DNA from: Reclinomonas americana ATCC 50394
Lineage: Eukaryota
DNA length: 64,000 nucleotides
Assembly: GCA_048213135.1 (NCBI GenBank)
Contig: PS015010.1
Location: 682,001-746,000, forward strand
Reading direction: 5' to 3'
The notes under the pieces were generated by a model that saw only the letters and a program-made list of their open reading frames with translations, did not search any database and was not told where the DNA came from. Position 1 is the first letter of the stretch; each line of letters begins with the position of its first letter. Shown one piece after another: positions 31,261 through 41,592 of this stretch. Both the position numbers and the translations under genes were made by a program.

Positions 31261-31401
31261 CGGGCGAACGTTGGAAAAATGAATTTAGTACATAAATATG
31301 GTTAAATATGCAATTGGTAAACAAGGATACTTCCTGCAAAGCCACGAACGGAGGTTGGGCAGCCATCATAAAAAACTATCTTTGCAGCCACTGATCAGGT
31401 C

Positions 31402-31815
31402 ATGGAAATACACGAACAACTTACGGACAACCAGTTTGAGCAGCAGTTCCGCGACTGCACGCTTGACCCGGCTGTCTTCACGCACGAAGCGCATCTCCGC
31501 CTGGCCTGGATACATATCCGCCAATACGGGGTGGAGCAGGCCATCAGCAACATCTGTACACAATTGCAAAACTTCACCCGTTCGCTGGGAGCATCGGAAA
31601 AATACAATACCACGCTTACGGTTGCGGCGGTAAGGGCGGTGAATCATTTTTACCATAAATCCACTGCCACCTCTTTTAACGATTTTATTACAGCATACCC
31701 GCGGTTAAAGCATAATTTCAGGGAACTGATCGCGGCACATTACGGGTTTGATATTTTTCAGTCGGAAGAAGCGAAGCGGCAATACCTCCAGCCCGACCTG
31801 CTGCCTTTTACCTGA
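31402..31815 (+). CDS. Conserved hypothetical protein
   Basis: FTHEAHLRLAW..KYNTTLT..PDL; -7 element TATCTTTG at 31377-31384. Confidence 0.7.
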   Translation: MEIHEQLTDNQFEQQFRDCTLDPAVFTHEAHLRLAWIHIRQYGVEQAISNICTQLQNFTRSLGASEKYNTTLTVAAVRAVNHFYHKSTATSFNDFITAYPRLKHNFRELIAAHYGFDIFQSEEAKRQYLQPDLLPFT

Positions 31816-31833
31816 TCTCTTTATAACAATCGT

Positions 31834-32844
31834 ATGCGGTATATTCTGCTCTTCATTTGTATGATCCCGGGTTTACAGGGGATGTCGCAGGCCAGTCATG
31901 AATTTTACAAACCAGTGCAGCAATGGTTCACGGCCTGGGAACTGGTCAGCCGCCACATCTACCATGTCAACCAGCTAAGGCCGGTATCCTTTGTATTTTT
32001 TGATGATACCTATGTCTATTCCACTTCGGGTGTCACTGTTCCTGAAGGGGAGCTGGTACGTGGTCCCGGTTTGATGAACCATTCCTTCCGGTGGAAAAGA
32101 ATGCTGCACCACGATTCGCTCCGGCTGCCGGATAAACAAGTAGTGCCGGTAGGGTTGATGTCCTTCGCGTCGGAGATGAGCGGTGAGGGCAACGTCCCTT
32201 TCTTCGTTATGCCCCTGCCTTCCTTCTGGGAAAAATCTGGCGTTACCAGCAAAGAACTGGGGATGACCAAACTGGTAACGGGTGTATTCACGCATGAGTT
32301 CTCTCATTCGCAGCAGATGCAGAATTTTGGAAAGAAGATGACGGAGTTTGAAAAGAACAACCATTTTGAAACGGAATTTTCCGACGATATCATCCAGCAT
32401 CTTTTTGCCAAAGACAGTGCTTACGTACAGGCCTACACGAAGGAGGCAGAAACATTTTATGCCGCAGCATTGGCTAAGGATAAAGACAGCACGGTGTTTT
32501 TCGCCAAACAGGCGCTGGCATTGATGCAGCAGCGGCAGGCCATTTATTTCAGCAACAAAGAGCAGCCGCTTACCACAATTGATAATTTTTTTCTGACCAT
32601 GGAAGGATTGGGGCAGTATTCGATTTATGCATGGCTTATACACCCGCAGGGAGGCCGTGTACCGGCGCCTGTAGCTGTAGCCGGCGTAAGACGCGGGAAA
32701 AAATGGTGGTCGCAGGATGAAGGCCTGGCTTTATTCCTGGTTCTGGAAAAGTTGGCACCGCCTGCGAAATGGGGACCTGTTATGTTCAGTGAACGAACGG
32801 AAAGTATTGTTGACCTGCTGAAATCGGAACTGGATAAATACTGA
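31834..32844 (+). CDS. Secreted hypothetical protein, putative gluzincin-type metallopeptidase
   Basis: Signal peptide; HEFSH followed about 100 aa later by EGLGQY. Confidence 0.6.
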   Translation: MRYILLFICMIPGLQGMSQASHEFYKPVQQWFTAWELVSRHIYHVNQLRPVSFVFFDDTYVYSTSGVTVPEGELVRGPGLMNHSFRWKRMLHHDSLRLPDKQVVPVGLMSFASEMSGEGNVPFFVMPLPSFWEKSGVTSKELGMTKLVTGVFTHEFSHSQQMQNFGKKMTEFEKNNHFETEFSDDIIQHLFAKDSAYVQAYTKEAETFYAAALAKDKDSTVFFAKQALALMQQRQAIYFSNKEQPLTTIDNFFLTMEGLGQYSIYAWLIHPQGGRVPAPVAVAGVRRGKKWWSQDEGLALFLVLEKLAPPAKWGPVMFSERTESIVDLLKSELDKY

Positions 32845-32871
32845 TGTATTGATGAAGTGCCGCTCCGGCTG

Positions 32872-33750
32872 TTATTTTACTTCTTCCCATAAATGCCTGA
32901 TGAGGCCGTCTACCAATCCTATTTTGGGAACATAAATCTCTTCAGCGCCGGCCCAGCGCATAGCGTTGATGTAGATCTGCAGGGCGGGAACGATCACATC
33001 AGCACGATCGGGGCGAAGGCCATAGCGGCTGATGCGTTCTTCAAGGGTAACACTTCCCAGTTCGCGGTGGTAATCGCGTAGAAGCTCCAGGGACAAGGGT
33101 TTGCCGTCTTTTCTTTTGCTGAGCGAGAACACTTTGTTGATATTGCCGCCGCTGCCAATGGCCACCACTTCCTTATGTCCTTTGGTAACGGTTTTCAGGG
33201 CTTCTTTCATTTCATCCCAGTTGCCTTCTGTTACCAGTTCTTTAAGCAGCCGTATGGTGCCAATATTGAAGGATTTCTTGAAATTGAGGATGCCGTTGCT
33301 GAAAAAGGAGAGCTCTGTGCTGCCACCTCCCACATCTATATACAGGTAACTGTGGTCATTGTCCATATTCTCGGCTACATGGTTTTCGTATACCAGGTTG
33401 GCTTCCATATCGCCGGTAATGACTTCCAGGGAGATGTCGGTTTCGAGTTTGATCTTGCGGATGATGTCGGAAGCATTCTTCGCGTCACGCATGGCACTGG
33501 TGGCGCAGGCGATAACAGCCTTTACTTCGTAGGCGTTGAGCAGGTGTTTGAAGGCCTTCATCGTCTGCAGCATCATGCCTATCCTGGGTTTGGAAATGGA
33601 GCCGTACTCAAACACATCAAAACCCAGTCGCAAAGGAACCCTTACCAGGTTCAGTTTATTGAATGCAGGCTGTCCTTTATCATCCCTGGTTACTTCGGAG
33701 ATCAACAGGCGGGCGGCATTACTTCCTATATCGATGGCGGCTAATTTCAC
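32872..33750 (-). CDS. ppx: Exopolyphosphatase (Ppx/GppA)
   Basis: IDIGSNA, ATSAMR, DVGGGSTE, GSGGN, DRADVI. Confidence 0.92.
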   Translation of the reverse strand: MKLAAIDIGSNAARLLISEVTRDDKGQPAFNKLNLVRVPLRLGFDVFEYGSISKPRIGMMLQTMKAFKHLLNAYEVKAVIACATSAMRDAKNASDIIRKIKLETDISLEVITGDMEANLVYENHVAENMDNDHSYLYIDVGGGSTELSFFSNGILNFKKSFNIGTIRLLKELVTEGNWDEMKEALKTVTKGHKEVVAIGSGGNINKVFSLSKRKDGKPLSLELLRDYHRELGSVTLEERISRYGLRPDRADVIVPALQIYINAMRWAGAEEIYVPKIGLVDGLIRHLWEEVK

Positions 33751-33831
33751 GTTGTCCTGCTTAATGAGTTATTCATCCTCACGCGAAAGTAAGGATTAAG
33801 GGGTAAACCTGCGACGCGGTGAATGTCCTTT

Positions 33832-35895
33832 TTATACCAGTTTTTTGAACAGGTAATTGTAGGTCTCTACCTGGCTGCGGACCTTCCTGGTGTTCCGCGG
33901 GTTAACGTACTGGTTGCTGAGGTCGTTATCGAGTATGCGGGCCTTGATGTTGTCTTTGAGCTGTATCTGTAAAATGTCTTTCAGCTCTTCACGGATCGAC
34001 TTTTCAAAAATGGGGCAGGCGGCTTCAATGCGGTGATCGATATTGCGCACCATCCAGTCGGCCGACGAGATGAATACTTTTTCTTTGCCCCCATTGTAAA
34101 AGATCATCACGCGGGCATGTTCCAGGTACTCATCCACAATGCTGATGGCCTGTACGGGATGTTTGAATTTTTTGTTTTCAGACAGCAGGCAGAAGATGCC
34201 TCTTATCACCATCCTGATCTCCACGCCGGCCCTCGCGGCTTCATACAGTTTATCTATCAGCAGTTCATCGCTTAGGGAATTCAGCTTTAAAGTGATGGAT
34301 GCTTTCTTTTTCTGCCGCGCCGCATTGGTCTCTTTCTGTATCAGCTGCACCAGCTGTTTGCGCATACCTACCGGGCTTACCAGCAGGGTATTGCAGGCTT
34401 TCAGCAGGTCGATACGGTTCTTTGGCTGTTCGAGGTAAGTAAAGATGCGGTTTACATCGGCCATAATGTTACGGTCGGCGGTAAGCAGGCAATGATCGCC
34501 ATAGATCTGCGCTGTTCTTTCATTCAGGTTGCCGGTGCTTACAAAACCGTAATGAATGGTACGGTTGTTCACCCTTTTCTTGATGAGGCAGAGTTTGGCG
34601 TGCACTTTCATATTGGGTACACCAAGCAATACTTTTACACCGGCCTCTTCCAGTTCTTCTTTCCATTCCAGGTTGGCTTCTTCATCAAAGCGGGCACGCA
34701 GCTCCACCATAGCGGTAACATGCTTGCCATTGCGTACGGCATTGGTCAGGGCGTTGATGATTTTGGAACGGGAAGCGAGACGGTAACAGGTGATCTTGAT
34801 GCTCACCACCTGCGGATCGATGGCGGCTTCGCGGATAAGGTCAATAAGGCTGTCAAAGGAATGATAGGGCAGGGTGAGCAATACATCCTTTTTGAGAATG
34901 GTATCAGTCACCCTGTTGGTATTTTTTAAAGCGGGATGTGCGAATGGTCTTTTCCTGGGATTCTTCTGGCTGAATACCGATTCGGGAAAATCAATAAAGT
35001 CCTTGAAATTATGAATACGTCCGCCGGGGATCAGGTTGTCTTTTTGCACCAGGCCCAGCCTGCGTACCAGGTAAGTGAGCAGGCTCGGATCAATGTCCTT
35101 ATCAAAAACAAAACGGACAGGTTTACCTTTTTTACGGTTGCGGATGCCTTTCTCGATCTTTTGTATCAGGGACGTGGAAATGTCACTGTCAATATCGATC
35201 TCCGCATCGCGGGTTACCTTAATGATGTGGGCCGAAAAACTGTCGTACCCGAAAAAGGAGAATATCTTGGGCAGGCAGAAGCGGATCACGTCTTCCAGCA
35301 GGATGATGTGGTGTTCGTTCTGCCGTGATGGTAATATCAGGAACCGTGGCAGCCGCCGTGTGGGTATGGAAACGAGGGCGAATTTTTGCGGTATGCTTTT
35401 GTCTTTTTTGGAAAGTTTGCAGGCCAGGTAAATCGACTTGTCGTTCAGTACCGGAAAATCGGGAATGCTTTCGATCATCAGTGGCACAATATGGCTGCGT
35501 ACTTCATCATCGAAATAATTCAGGATGAATTTCTGCTGTTCCCGGTTGATCTGTTTTTCATTGATCAGGAATATCTTCTGCTTTTTCAGTTCACGCAATA
35601 TCTCGTTCCAGATGCGGTCAAACTCTTTCTGCTGTTCGAGCACCTTCTCCTGTATCTCTTCCAGGATGGCGCCGGGCGACACTTCCAGGTGCATGCGTGC
35701 CTTGTTGCCGAGTTCGATCATGCGTTTGAGCGTGGCCACACGTACACGGAAAAATTCATCGAGGTTGTTGGAAAATATACCCAGGAAACGGATCCTTTCC
35801 CGCAGCGGAACGGTTTCGTCTGCGGCTTCCTGTAATACCCGGCTGTTGAATGATAACCAGCTGATGTCGCGGTAAATGGTCTTACGTTTATGCAA
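33832..35895 (-). CDS. ppk1: Polyphosphate kinase 1
   Basis: RDISWLSFNSRVLQEA, NNLDEFFRVRVA, ELRARFDEEAN, KVHAK, YLEHAR, SADWM.RN. Confidence 0.96.
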   Translation of the reverse strand: MHKRKTIYRDISWLSFNSRVLQEAADETVPLRERIRFLGIFSNNLDEFFRVRVATLKRMIELGNKARMHLEVSPGAILEEIQEKVLEQQKEFDRIWNEILRELKKQKIFLINEKQINREQQKFILNYFDDEVRSHIVPLMIESIPDFPVLNDKSIYLACKLSKKDKSIPQKFALVSIPTRRLPRFLILPSRQNEHHIILLEDVIRFCLPKIFSFFGYDSFSAHIIKVTRDAEIDIDSDISTSLIQKIEKGIRNRKKGKPVRFVFDKDIDPSLLTYLVRRLGLVQKDNLIPGGRIHNFKDFIDFPESVFSQKNPRKRPFAHPALKNTNRVTDTILKKDVLLTLPYHSFDSLIDLIREAAIDPQVVSIKITCYRLASRSKIINALTNAVRNGKHVTAMVELRARFDEEANLEWKEELEEAGVKVLLGVPNMKVHAKLCLIKKRVNNRTIHYGFVSTGNLNERTAQIYGDHCLLTADRNIMADVNRIFTYLEQPKNRIDLLKACNTLLVSPVGMRKQLVQLIQKETNAARQKKKASITLKLNSLSDELLIDKLYEAARAGVEIRMVIRGIFCLLSENKKFKHPVQAISIVDEYLEHARVMIFYNGGKEKVFISSADWMVRNIDHRIEAACPIFEKSIREELKDILQIQLKDNIKARILDNDLSNQYVNPRNTRKVRSQVETYNYLFKKLV

Positions 35896-35972
35896 TCGCG
35901 ATAGGTTTTATTACAAGCCGTGAAGTTAGGAGGTTGGCGGGAAATTCAATATTAAGTTTTGGTAATTGGACC

Positions 35973-36097
35973 AATTACTAATTACTAATTACGAATTACG
36001 AATGAAGCACGTGGATAAGAAGCAACACTGCATATTCCTTTTTACTGCCCCGTCATTCGTAATTCCTAATTCGTAATTAAATCAGTAATTCGTAATT
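35973..36097. repeat. Heptamer-period palindromic element (AATTACG/CGTAATT family)
   Basis: Left arm (AATTACT)2(AATTACG)2 at 35973-36000; right arm ATTCGTA-ATTCCTA-ATTCGTA-ATT at 36055-36078; further units inside the rfaE2 3' end. Confidence 0.85.
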
Positions 36098-36573
36098 CTT
36101 TCAATAATTCCTGTCGTTGAAAACCCCTCCAATATCGGTACGATCTTCACTTCGCCGCCGCCGGCCATTACTTCTTTGGCGCCAACGATCTGTTCCAGGG
36201 TATAGTCGCCGCCTTTCACCAGTACGTCGGGCATAATGGCTGTGATGAGGTTGAGGGGTGTATCCTCTTCAAACAGGATAACGGCGTCGGTCATCAGCAG
36301 CGAGGCCAGCAGCAGCATACGGGACTGCTCACCGTTTACGGGCCTGCTGTCGCCTTTCAGTCTTTTTACGGAAGCATCGGCATTGACCCCCACAATCAGC
36401 ACATGCCCGAAAGAGGCGGCTTCACTGAGCGAGGCGATATGGCCTTCGTGCAGGATATCGAATACACCGTTGGTGAATACGATAGTGCGGCTTTGTAAAC
36501 GCCAGCGTTCCAGTTGCTGCTTCAGTGCAGGCAGGTCAACTATTTTTTTGGGGATTGACTGTATGCTGCGCAT
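36082..36573 (-). CDS. rfaE2: D-glycero-beta-D-manno-heptose 1-phosphate adenylyltransferase (stand-alone HldC/RfaE2)
   Basis: Start moved to ATG 36573; FTNGVFDILHEGH, SVKRLKG..RP, LVKGGDY, GFSTT. Confidence 0.9.
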   Translation of the reverse strand: MRSIQSIPKKIVDLPALKQQLERWRLQSRTIVFTNGVFDILHEGHIASLSEAASFGHVLIVGVNADASVKRLKGDSRPVNGEQSRMLLLASLLMTDAVILFEEDTPLNLITAIMPDVLVKGGDYTLEQIVGAKEVMAGGGEVKIVPILEGFSTTGIIERITNY

Positions 36574-37573
36574 GATTTTTTCGTTTATTATAATAAGGTA
36601 AAATGATAAGCGACAGGAAACCGACCACCAGTATGATGAGGAACTGGGCGAACCACTGCAAGGTACCGTTGGCGAAACCATGTCCCTCTTCTATACCATA
36701 CAGCAGCATGACTTCCATAATAAAAAGAGGATAGGCGCCGATACCACCGGGGGTAATGATCATGCCGATACTGGCGAATGCAAGAACGGGGAATACGGCG
36801 GCAAAGGACAGGTGGGCCGTTTCGCGTATGGCCGAAAAACCCAGGTAAGTGCCGCCAATATAACAGGCCCAGATGAACAGGCTGTGGAAAATAAAGGCTT
36901 TTTTATTCTGCATGGTGCGGATGCTGTTGAGCCCGGCGCCAACGCCTTTTACGCCATTCTTCAACCGCAGGATGATACCGCGGTCGCTGTACTTCCTGGA
37001 CAGGAACCTTACCAGGAAATAGATACCGATCACCACTGCTGCAAAAATCAGCATCTTGACCAGGAAGCCCTGGATCGACCCTGCAAAGAATTTATCTACA
37101 ATAGTGGTGCGTGCATAATTACCAATAATGTGGGCCTGGCTCAGGATGGCAACCAGGAATACAATACCGAGGGAGAGGGCGTCAACCGCTCTTTCTACTA
37201 TAATGGTACCGATGAGTTTATCGGCAGGTATTTTTTCATACCGGTTAAGGATCGTGCATTTCAGTACCTCGCCCAGGCGGGGTACGGCAAGGTTGGCCAG
37301 GTAACCTACCATTACGGCGCAAAAAGTATTGAACAGGCCGGGTTGGTATCCAAGGGGCCGCATCAGCAACCTCCACCGCATGGAACGGCTGATATGGCTG
37401 GCCGTGAGGATCAGGAACACGGGAATGAAAAGGAAGTACCGGGCAGACTTCAGGGCAGTTTTGCAATCCTCCCAGTTTTTATCGCCCATTTTCTGAACGC
37501 TCCACCAAACGAGGAAGATGCCAAACCCGAAGAAAATAATGAACTGTAATATGGATAATAACCGCTTACGCAT
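36536..37573 (-). CDS. Lysylphosphatidylglycerol synthase TM-domain (flippase-like) protein
   Basis: RWRLL, GYLANLAVPRLGEV, GTIIVER..D, TPGGIG.Y. Confidence 0.85.
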   Translation of the reverse strand: MRKRLLSILQFIIFFGFGIFLVWWSVQKMGDKNWEDCKTALKSARYFLFIPVFLILTASHISRSMRWRLLMRPLGYQPGLFNTFCAVMVGYLANLAVPRLGEVLKCTILNRYEKIPADKLIGTIIVERAVDALSLGIVFLVAILSQAHIIGNYARTTIVDKFFAGSIQGFLVKMLIFAAVVIGIYFLVRFLSRKYSDRGIILRLKNGVKGVGAGLNSIRTMQNKKAFIFHSLFIWACYIGGTYLGFSAIRETAHLSFAAVFPVLAFASIGMIITPGGIGAYPLFIMEVMLLYGIEEGHGFANGTLQWFAQFLIILVVGFLSLIILPYYNKRKNHAQHTVNPQKNS

Positions 37574-37601
37574 AATCGGTTACAAATTACGGAGAGAAAG
37601 G

Positions 37602-37647
37602 AATTAAAAGGGGAAAAGTAAAAATTAAAAAAGTAAAAATTACAAAG
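37602..37647. repeat. Single arm of the A-rich heptamer family (AAAAGTA/AAAATTA)
   Basis: GAAAAGTAAAAATTAAAAAAGTAAAAATTAC. Confidence 0.5.
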
Positions 37648-37701
37648 AGCGTACTCCAGGCGCAATTATTGTATCAGCATATTATCAAATGATCACATCA
37701 G

Positions 37702-38046
37702 TTACAGCTTGTTGTGATCATTGGGAAATATAACGAAGGGCTTAAATGTTTTCGCTTCTTCAAAATCCATCCGGGCATAACTCATGATCACTACGGTATC
37801 GCCCACCATTACTTTGCGGGCCGCGGGGCCGTTCATGCAAATAACACCCGATCCGCGTTTGCCTTTGATGATGTAGGTCTCGAAGCGTTCGCCGTTGTTC
37901 ACATTCACGATCTGGATCTTTTCATATTCGATCATATTGGCGGCATCAAGCAGGTCCTCATCAATGGTACAGCTGCCCACATAATTGAGGTTGGCTTCCG
38001 TTACCACGCAGCGGTGGATCTTTGATTTTAATATTTCGATTGTCAT
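37702..38046 (-). CDS. panD: Aspartate 1-decarboxylase
   Basis: [15 protein letters not shown] autocleavage site, [14 protein letters not shown]; -7 element TAACTTTG at 38061-38054. Confidence 0.96.
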   Translation of the reverse strand: MTIEILKSKIHRCVVTEANLNYVGSCTIDEDLLDAANMIEYEKIQIVNVNNGERFETYIIKGKRGSGVICMNGPAARKVMVGDTVVIMSYARMDFEEAKTFKPFVIFPNDHNKL

Positions 38047-38189
38047 AGCGGCGCAAAGTTAGTCAGAAGAATTGATAATGTATCCATGTATGGATTTCGA
38101 ATGTGGGAATTGATTCGGACAGGAGATTCGGGATACAGGACGCCGGATATGCCCTGCTAAGGGAAGCATCATCATTTAATATATAATTC

Positions 38190-39038
38190 CTAATCTGTAA
38201 GTATCATATTATCAATCAGGCGAACTTCATGTAAGAAGGCTGCCACCAGCGCCACCAGTGGTGTTTTGCCATCCCAGTGTTCAAGCAGTTGCAGCGTATC
38301 AGCATTGGCCATTTCCACGTAATCCACTTTAAAGCCATCCGCAGCCAGGTTATCGATGGCGTTTTTTTGTAATGAATGAAGGTCGCCGGGGCGGAGGTTT
38401 TCTTTCAGCCGGTACAGTTCACGGGATATGGCAATGGCCTGTTGCCGTTCCTGTTCGTTCAGCCGCATATTCCGGCTGCTCATGGCCAGTCCGTCTGTTT
38501 CCCGCAGCGTGGGTACAATGCCTATACGGGTGTGCAGGCCGGTGAGTTCCACCATTTTGCGCAGTACCATGCACTGCTGGTAATCTTTTTGTCCCAGGTA
38601 CAGGTTATCGGCGGGAATGATCTCCAGCAGGCGGTGTACCACCTGGCAAACCCCCTGGAAGTGCCCGGGCCTGAATTTGCCTTCGAGCACCGTCTCCAGG
38701 TAGCCCAGGTCATAATCGCGGGTACGGCCGGTACCGTTGGGGTACATTTCGGCGACAGGAGGCAGGAAAAGTACATCACAGCCGGCGGCTTCCAGCTGGT
38801 CAATATCCCGTTCTATGGTAACCGGGTACCGCTCAAAATCCTTACTGTCGTTGAACTGGGTAGGGTTTACGAAAATACTGCAAATGACAAGGTTATTGTA
38901 CCGGGCAGCATTGTTAATCAAAGAGATATGCCCCGAATGGAGGGCGCCCATGGTGGGCACAAACCCGGTTCGGCTGCCTTTTGCGGCGGCTTTAACAGTG
39001 AAATCGTGCATGTCTGCAGCGCTCTTAAATACGATCAT
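38190..39038 (-). CDS. panC: Pantoate--beta-alanine ligase
   Basis: FVPTMGALHSGH, SIFVNPTQF, RPGHF.GV, GQKDYQQ, GLAMSSRN, RLIDN. Confidence 0.96.
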   Translation of the reverse strand: MIVFKSAADMHDFTVKAAAKGSRTGFVPTMGALHSGHISLINNAARYNNLVICSIFVNPTQFNDSKDFERYPVTIERDIDQLEAAGCDVLFLPPVAEMYPNGTGRTRDYDLGYLETVLEGKFRPGHFQGVCQVVHRLLEIIPADNLYLGQKDYQQCMVLRKMVELTGLHTRIGIVPTLRETDGLAMSSRNMRLNEQERQQAIAISRELYRLKENLRPGDLHSLQKNAIDNLAADGFKVDYVEMANADTLQLLEHWDGKTPLVALVAAFLHEVRLIDNMILTD

Positions 39039-39145
39039 TTTGGTAAGATATTAGGCTTCAAACGCTTATGGAATCTGAATTTCCAAAAAATAATGTACTT
39101 TTGCACTCCGTTTCAAAAAACAAAACAGCAACTAATAAAGCGCAA

Positions 39146-39958
39146 ATGTCAACAAAGAAAAGAATTTTATTCATTGCTAACGAAATGTCGCCTTACCTGG
39201 AGCTGACAGATTTTGCAGAGATCGTTAATAAACTGGCGGTGAAGGCAAACGATAGTGGGATGGAAGTACGTTGCATTATGCCGCGTTTCGGTGTTATCAA
39301 TGAAAGGCGGCACCGTTTACATGAAGTAGTTCGTTTATCGGGCATCAATGTTTCTATTGCCAATGACGATTACCCGCTGGTGATCAAAGTAGCGTCACTC
39401 CCTAATGCCCGTTTGCAGGTTTATTTTCTCGACAATGAAGATTTCTTCAAACGCAAATCCATCTTTCATGATGAAAATGAAAAATGGTTCGACGACAACG
39501 GGCTGCGTACCGTACTTTTCTGTAAGGGCGCCCTGGAAACGGTAAAAAAATTCGGCTGGCCACCCGACATCATCCATTGCAGCGGCTGGATGACCGGCCT
39601 CATCCCCATGTTTATCCGCAACGCCTATAAAAAGGAACCGGTTTTCAGCAACAGTAAGATCGTATACACCATCGGTCAGAATACGTTCAAGGAAAAGCTG
39701 GGTGCCGACTTCCTGCAACTGGCCACCATCAACGATCACATCACCAAAAAAGAACTGGAACCTTTCAAGGAAGTGAATAACACAGCCATGTTCAGGGGCG
39801 GCGCTGCTTTTGCGGATGCCATCACTTTCGGCGCTGACAAAGCCGATAAAAAACTGGTAGAGGAATTCGCAAAAGTGAAGGGCAAAAAGGTCCTTAAGTT
39901 CGAACCTGAAAGTGATTTAACAGACTATTTGCAATTGTATACCGACCTTGCCAAATAG
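39146..39958 (+). CDS. Stand-alone glycogen/starch synthase N-terminal (GT5)-like protein
   Basis: Start moved to ATG 39146, downstream of TACTTTTG (39096-39103); MPRFGVINERRHRLHEVVRLSG, WPPDIIHC. Confidence 0.85.
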   Translation: MSTKKRILFIANEMSPYLELTDFAEIVNKLAVKANDSGMEVRCIMPRFGVINERRHRLHEVVRLSGINVSIANDDYPLVIKVASLPNARLQVYFLDNEDFFKRKSIFHDENEKWFDDNGLRTVLFCKGALETVKKFGWPPDIIHCSGWMTGLIPMFIRNAYKKEPVFSNSKIVYTIGQNTFKEKLGADFLQLATINDHITKKELEPFKEVNNTAMFRGGAAFADAITFGADKADKKLVEEFAKVKGKKVLKFEPESDLTDYLQLYTDLAK

Positions 39959-39979
39959 AATTATACCCATTACATAAAT

Positions 39980-41488
39980 TTGATCATTGTGCAAAAACGT
40001 ATACTTTCAATAGCAGTTGCTGCTTTTGCTATTATTATACTGAACTGGAGCTGTACCAAACTGGATACTACTGATATCGGCAGCGGCCTTATCCCTGCCG
40101 TTGATAATGTTCACACTTTCGACACCACACTCAGCATCACCACCACCCAGGGGCTTTATGCAGATACCTCTGTAGTTGGCCGCGGCGATGACCACGTGAT
40201 CGGTAACATCACCAATGATCCCATGTTTGGCCGTACCACCGGCGCTATCTACATGCAACTGAAACCCACCCGTTATCCTTATTTTATCGGGGGTGTTGCA
40301 CTGGATACCGTAATAGGAATGGACTCTATCATACTTTGTCTCAAATACAAAGGATTTTTCGGCGACAGTACAATGCCTATCCAGCTGGAAGCCCGCCAGA
40401 TCTATTCCGATGACTTCAGGGATTCATTCAATAAAGTAAGGAATGTGAATTATACATTCCCTTCAGGCGGAAGCCTTGGCCCCATACTGGGCAGCAGCCT
40501 GGTTGATGTACGCAGAATGGGTGACACCATCAAATACAGGAATGGCAGGGATTATTCCGTTAACACCATCCGTATTAAAATGGACGCGGCCTGGGCAGCC
40601 ACCCTGTTCAACCGCGACAGTATATCTTCCAACGGCGCCAATAACGCTTTTTACAACGACTCTATCTTCAGGCGTTTCTATAATGGTTTTGCTGTAGTAG
40701 CTACCCCGGGTTCGGGCAATGCGCTCATCTATACCAATATCCTGGATACATCTACAAAACTTGAAATTCACTACCGGAAAAGGTATGCGAATGTTGTAGA
40801 CACCGTTTTCACTTCATTCCGCCTGAGCGACGGTTCGGCCTCGAATATCCAGATATCTTCAACAGCGAACGCTATCGTACGCAACAGGGGGGGCGCTTCC
40901 ATGCAAACGCCTTCATCTGATGAGATTTATCTCCAGACATCACCAGGCACCTATTGCAAAATGCTTATACCGGCCCTGAGTACGCTCAACAACCGCATCA
41001 TTCACCGCGCTGAACTGATCGTGGAGCAGATTCCCAACGGGCCAATGGACAATATTTTCGCCACGCCGCCTTATCTCTATATAGATATGAAAGATACCGG
41101 CACTGTGGATAAATGGAAACCGCTTTATGTAGATCTTAACCCGAATGTGGCCTACGATCCTGATTTTAAAACAGGTTACTTCTTCCCCGATGATATAGAC
41201 TATGCCTATTTCGGCGGGTACAGGAGAGAAAAGGTTGACGGATTTGGCAACCCGATCAAGTATTATAATTTCAACCTGTCCAGGTACGTTCAGCGTATTG
41301 TAACGCAACACATACCCAATTATGAATTGCGCCTGTTCGCGGCTTTCAAGTTCATGTATCCGCAATACGTCAACAGTTTCCTGCCTTCCGGCGGACAAAA
41401 CAGTGTGGCGTACGGCCGGGTGAAAGTGGGTTCCGGTACCAATGCCAATTACAAAATGAGGTTGCGGATCATCTATTCAAAACTGTAG
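39980..41488 (+). CDS. DUF4270 family lipoprotein
   Basis: Lipobox LNWSC, DPMFG.T, C-terminal LRIIYSKL; usual position after the GT5-like gene; start TTG 39980 or GTG 39989. Confidence 0.75.
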   Translation: MIIVQKRILSIAVAAFAIIILNWSCTKLDTTDIGSGLIPAVDNVHTFDTTLSITTTQGLYADTSVVGRGDDHVIGNITNDPMFGRTTGAIYMQLKPTRYPYFIGGVALDTVIGMDSIILCLKYKGFFGDSTMPIQLEARQIYSDDFRDSFNKVRNVNYTFPSGGSLGPILGSSLVDVRRMGDTIKYRNGRDYSVNTIRIKMDAAWAATLFNRDSISSNGANNAFYNDSIFRRFYNGFAVVATPGSGNALIYTNILDTSTKLEIHYRKRYANVVDTVFTSFRLSDGSASNIQISSTANAIVRNRGGASMQTPSSDEIYLQTSPGTYCKMLIPALSTLNNRIIHRAELIVEQIPNGPMDNIFATPPYLYIDMKDTGTVDKWKPLYVDLNPNVAYDPDFKTGYFFPDDIDYAYFGGYRREKVDGFGNPIKYYNFNLSRYVQRIVTQHIPNYELRLFAAFKFMYPQYVNSFLPSGGQNSVAYGRVKVGSGTNANYKMRLRIIYSKL

Positions 41489-41516
41489 TCAATACATCTT
41501 ATCAAGATATGTTCAT

Positions 41517-41551
41517 AAGTCCCCGGAATATTACCGGGGGCTTTGTTCTTT
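41517..41551 (+). terminator. Intrinsic terminator
   Basis: CCCCGG/CCGGGG stem plus T-rich tail. Confidence 0.7.
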
Positions 41552-41592
41552 AGGCGCTTCCGCCTTATCTTTGCCATCTTAAAAAAAACAAC

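Noticed and set aside
38100-38150. A sixth heptamer family (GATACAG/CCGGATA-like; also 42906-42926)
   Set aside because: The units are too few and too degenerate, and no inverted partner arm was found.
41495-41592. SAM-I riboswitch before metK (CTTATCAAGA)
   Set aside because: The GAGGGA/GCCC, GCAACC and closing P1 elements are absent. The segment lies upstream of a terminator and of the metK -7 element.
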